Assembly: GCA_951406725.2 (NCBI GenBank)
Contig: OX597838.1
Location: 29,698,001 to 29,762,000, forward strand
DNA length: 64,000 nucleotides
Reading direction: 5' to 3'
Origin: Octopus vulgaris
Taxonomy: Eukaryota
In this document: one piece after another, positions 59,746-64,000 of the stretch
Position numbering within the stretch: position 1 is the first letter of the stretch
Layout of the letters: each line of letters starts with the position of its first letter
Made by a program: the position numbers and the translations under genes
The notes under the pieces: generated by a model
Seen by the model: only the letters and a program-made list of their open reading frames with translations
Databases searched by the model: none
Told to the model about the DNA's origin: nothing

Positions 59746-61149
59746 ACCATCCAACTAGGGTCTCTAACAGAATGCAAAAAGACAAATTAAATACAAGGTA
59801 CCTGGTCCCCTAGTCTTATAGTTCAATCAACCCACTAGCTTGGATTTATAGCTGTGAGGTAAGAAGCCTGCTTCCCAACTAGATGGTTCTGGGTTCGGTC
59901 CCTGTGTATGGCACCTTTGGCAGATGTCTTCCACTCAAGCTGACCAAAGGCTTGTGAGTGAATTTGGTACAAGGAAACTGAAAGAAGCCCATCGTATATA
60001 TATGCATATATCTTAGAGTTTGTGTCCCCCACCACTGCTTGACAACCAGTGTTGGTATTTTTATGTCCCTGTAACCTAGCAGTTCAGCAAAAGCTACCAA
60101 TAGAATAATAACTAGGTTTTAAAAAACAAAAAGTATTAAGGCTGAATTGTTAGCACACCGGGCAATCTTTATCTTTACATTCTGAGTTCAAATACCACGG
60201 AAGTTAACTTTGCCTTTCATCTTTTTGGGGCCAGCAAAATGAGTCCCAGTTGAGCACGGGGGCAGGGTGGGGTGGGGGGTGTCAATGCAACTGACTTACC
60301 CACACCCCTATAATTGTTGGGCTTGTGTCAAAATTTGAAACCAATATTATAATTGTTGTTATTATTATTGTTGTTGGTGGTGGTGGTGGTCTTGTTTGGA
60401 TTGGGAGAATTGTAAGAACACTAAAAAAAAAAAAAAAAAAATCCATGTGACATTTATCTTGCATCTGAAATCCAGCAGAGGTGACGTTACCATTTATTCA
60501 TTCTTCAGGGGTCAATAGAATAAAGTGCAAATCAACCAATGGGACCCATTTAATCAAATATGCTCCTTGTCTCAAAGATTCTGGCTTTGTACCTGAAATC
60601 ATCATCATCACCATCATCGTCATCACCATCATCATTGCCGTCATTGTTCGATTCGGTTTGACATTGTTTATGCAGCAATGACGGTTTCTGTTGCTAATCG
60701 CTAAATTAGCAACAATCAGAACAGATGCCAGAATTAAAAGATATTTGCTGACATTTGTCCAAACCAGAAATCAATATGACGACAGCCAACTATTTTGGGA
60801 AACGGACAAAAATTACTGAAACCAAATGAGAAAGAGAGAGAAAAAGGAAACAAAAAAAGCTAAGGAATGCTTAGAATCGGTAGACTTAGAATTTCTATTA
60901 TTTTTTTTTCCCCCCTTTTTCTTCTTTTTTTTTTTTTCTTTTGGTCTGAATATATTACCTGCCATTAATGTTTTCTGTTTTGTTATGGCTTAAGTCCATG
61001 GCAGAAGGGTAACACATATTACCTTTTCCAGGATTTTGAAGACTTGGGAGTGGGGGTGGGGGTGGGTGGGCTCTGGCCTGAATGTGAGAGTTATTTATAC
61101 ACACTCGTATCTCTCGTCTCAGACTGCTTTAAAGTGCATATATTAATTT

Positions 61150-61326
61150 GGTTTTCAAATTTTGGCAACAAGGCCAGTGACTTAGGGGAGTGGGTAGGTT
61201 GATTACATCGACCCCCAGCTTTTCACTGGTACTTGTTTTATTGACCCTGAAAGAATAAAAGGCAAAGCCGACACCAGCGTAATTTGAACTCAGAACGTAA
61301 GGACAGACGAAATGCTGCCAGCTCAC

Positions 61327-61366
<40 letters not shown>

Positions 61367-61566
61367 GTGGTTTCAAATTTTTCCACAAGGGCAACAATTT
61401 TGGGAGAGAGGATAAGTTGATTACATAGACCCCAGTACGCAACTGGTACTTAATTTATCGACCCCGAAAGGACGAGCGGCAAAGCCGACCTCAGAGGAAT
61501 TTGAACTCAGAATGTAGTGACAGACAAAATACCGCAAAGCATTTCATCCAACATGCTAACAATTCA

Positions 61567-61621
<55 letters not shown>

Positions 61622-61842
61622 TTATGATGGTTTCATATTTTGGCACAAGGCCAGCAACTTTGGGGAGGGGGGGTTAAGTCAATTACATCGACCCCGGTGT
61701 TTTACTGGTATTTGTTTTACCGACTGTGAAGGAATGAAAGGCAAAGTCGACACTGGTGGAATTTGAACTCAAAATGTAAAGACGGATGAAATACTGCCAA
61801 GCATTTTGCCCGGCGTGCTAATGATTCTGCCACCTCACTGCC

Positions 61843-61884
<42 letters not shown>

Positions 61885-62480
61885 CCTGGCCTTGCCTGGC
61901 TTCTGTGCCGGTGGCACGTAAAAAGCACCATCCAATTGTGGCCGCTGCCAGGCTCCCCTGGCACGTAAAAAGCGCCCACTACACTCTCGGAGTGGTTGGC
62001 GTTAGGAAGGGCATCCAGCTGTAGAAACACTGCCAGATCAAGATTGGAGCCCGGTGCAGACTCCTGGCTTCCCAGACCCTGGTCGAACTGTCCAACCCAT
62101 GCTAGCACGGAAAACGGACGTTAAACGATGATTATGATGATGATGATGAATAATCCTTTGTACTAAAGACACAAGATATGAAATTTTAGGGGAGGGAGCT
62201 GGCCAGTTATATCAACACCCGGTGCTCAACTGGTGGCCCTGAAAGGATGAGAGGCCAAGTCAACCGTGACAGAATTTAAACTCAGAACTAAAGAGGGACG
62301 AAATGATGGTAAGAATTCTGCTTGGCATGCTAACGATTCTGCCAGCTCACTGCCTTCAGTAATAACGATAATGCTTCAAATTTTGACACAAGGCTAGTGA
62401 TTTGGAAAAGTACCCAATTACATCAACCCCCCAGTAGTTGATAGGTACTTAACTGACCCAGGAAGGATGAAAGGTGAAGT
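61150..62480 (-). mobile_element. Second cluster of family A variant SINEs separated by (AAT)n, with a family C copy inserted
   Basis: About 5 co-oriented blocks; family C at 61885-62148 (+). Confidence 0.8.
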
Positions 62481-63124
62481 TGATTCTGGTGGGATTTGAG
62501 CTTTAAAAAAAAAAAAAAAAAAAAAAATGGTACTGCAGTGGATTTGTTCCACTAAAACTGTTTAATCATTTAGCATTTAAACTGACCACATCCAGCCCAA
62601 ATATTCTGTTTTACGCTCAAACTGGCTAAAACTGACCTCTCACACCTGCACTGCAATGTCAGTCCAAATTTCAAAGCTACAAGATGGTGCAAGATTAATT
62701 CAAAATGATGTGAGTAAATAAATATATTTGAAAAAGTAATCTGGACACTAAATAGTTAAGATGGTGCTCCAGTATGGCCACATACTGAAACAAGATAGAC
62801 AGGGAAGAATTAGTACACACACACACACACTAATTCCTACATAATGTATTTAATTTTAAGCCACACTATGATTGTAAGATTGTGGTTTCGATTCCTGGAC
62901 CGGGCGACGTATTGTGTTCTTGAGCAAAACACTTCATTTCATGTTGCTCCAGTCTACTCAGCTGGCAAAAATGAGTAATGCTGCTATGGACTGGCGTCCC
63001 ATCCGGCTGGGGAACATATACGCCATAGAAATCGGGAAACCGGGCCCATGAGCCTGGCTAGGCTTTAAAAAGGGCAGATTTATATTTTATTTATACTGAA
63101 ATTTACGTTATTTACTGTTGGTAT

Positions 63125-63470
63125 ACCAGAACATGACACCACATCATTAAGACTGTTGTTTAATTAAAGATACATTACATTGTTATTGTTATGATTGTCG
63201 TTTAATTTAAGAGACAGACTATTCAACATTATTATATCATTACCATTAGAAATAAGGTTTTAATTGAAAATACAGAATATAGACTATTACTACATCGTTA
63301 TGACTTGTTTAATTAAAGACACAGAATACACATTACATTGTTATCGTTATAAATGTTGTTTAATTAAAGATATGGAATACAAAACATTACATCATTATGA
63401 CTTAATTAAGGACATGGAATATGCAACATCACATCGTTAGGACTGTCGCTTGATTAAAAAATTACAGAAT
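63125..63470. repeat. Degenerate AT-rich tandem repeat (~45-55 bp units)
   Basis: Recurring ACATC(A/G)TTA.GACT...TTTAATTAAAGA. Confidence 0.65.
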
Positions 63471-64000
63471 AAACAGATTTAAAGGTTAATCCAATGAATA
63501 CTAAGGCCATCAGAGAAATCTCAATGCAGACACTTAATCTGCTAGAAAAAGCAGCCATGTTCCAATCAAATCAAATCAAAGGCAGTGAGCTGGCGGAAAC
63601 GTTAGCACGCCGGGTGAAATGCTTAGCGGTATTTCATCTGCTGTTACGTTCTGAGTTCAAATTCCGCCGAGGTTGACGTAGAAAGACTGCCAGATCAGAT
63701 TGGAGCCTGGTGCAGCCGCTGGCTTCCCAGCCCTTGGCCAAACCGTCCAACCCATGCCAGCATGGAAAATGGACATTAAACAATGGTGATGATGATTGTA
63801 GGATAGGTATGAAAAGCATGATCTGGCCAGTTTGAGCATAACACAAAATATATTTTGGCTGGATAAGGCTGGTTTGAATGATAGAAGGTTAAGCAACGGC
63901 AGCGAGCTGGCAGAAACGTTAGCACGCCGGGCGAAATGACTAGCTCAAATTCCGCTGAGGTCGACTTTGCCTTTCATCCTTTCGGGGGTCGATAAATTAA

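Overview
Eukaryotic, AT-rich and very repeat-dense genomic DNA; the SINE/microsatellite repertoire suggests an octopus (coleoid cephalopod), which is an inference. Two convergent protein-coding genes are supported. (1) The 3' 20 coding exons (952-30491, + strand, 2145 nt, 714 aa, all phases consistent, one GC-AG intron) of a DEAH/RHA helicase that reads as DHX36; the N-terminal exons lie upstream of the window. (2) A single-exon CDS (57258-59180, - strand, 640 aa) for a signal peptide-LRR-Ig-TM receptor with an 11-residue-repeat cytoplasmic tail and a C-terminal PDZ-type motif. Almost all other ORFs in the track are artefacts of microsatellites or SINEs. Non-coding space holds at least four SINE-like families, RTE LINE fragments, hAT- and piggyBac-like MITEs, minisatellites and several long fold-back structures. 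Most interesting: two diverged copies of a ~150-nt element with compensatory stems, a minimal hammerhead-ribozyme-like motif, a covarying module in RTE 5'UTR-derived elements, SINE multimers joined at one fixed GGTA junction, and long intronic hairpins in DHX36. All folds and homologies were judged by eye and need computational confirmation.
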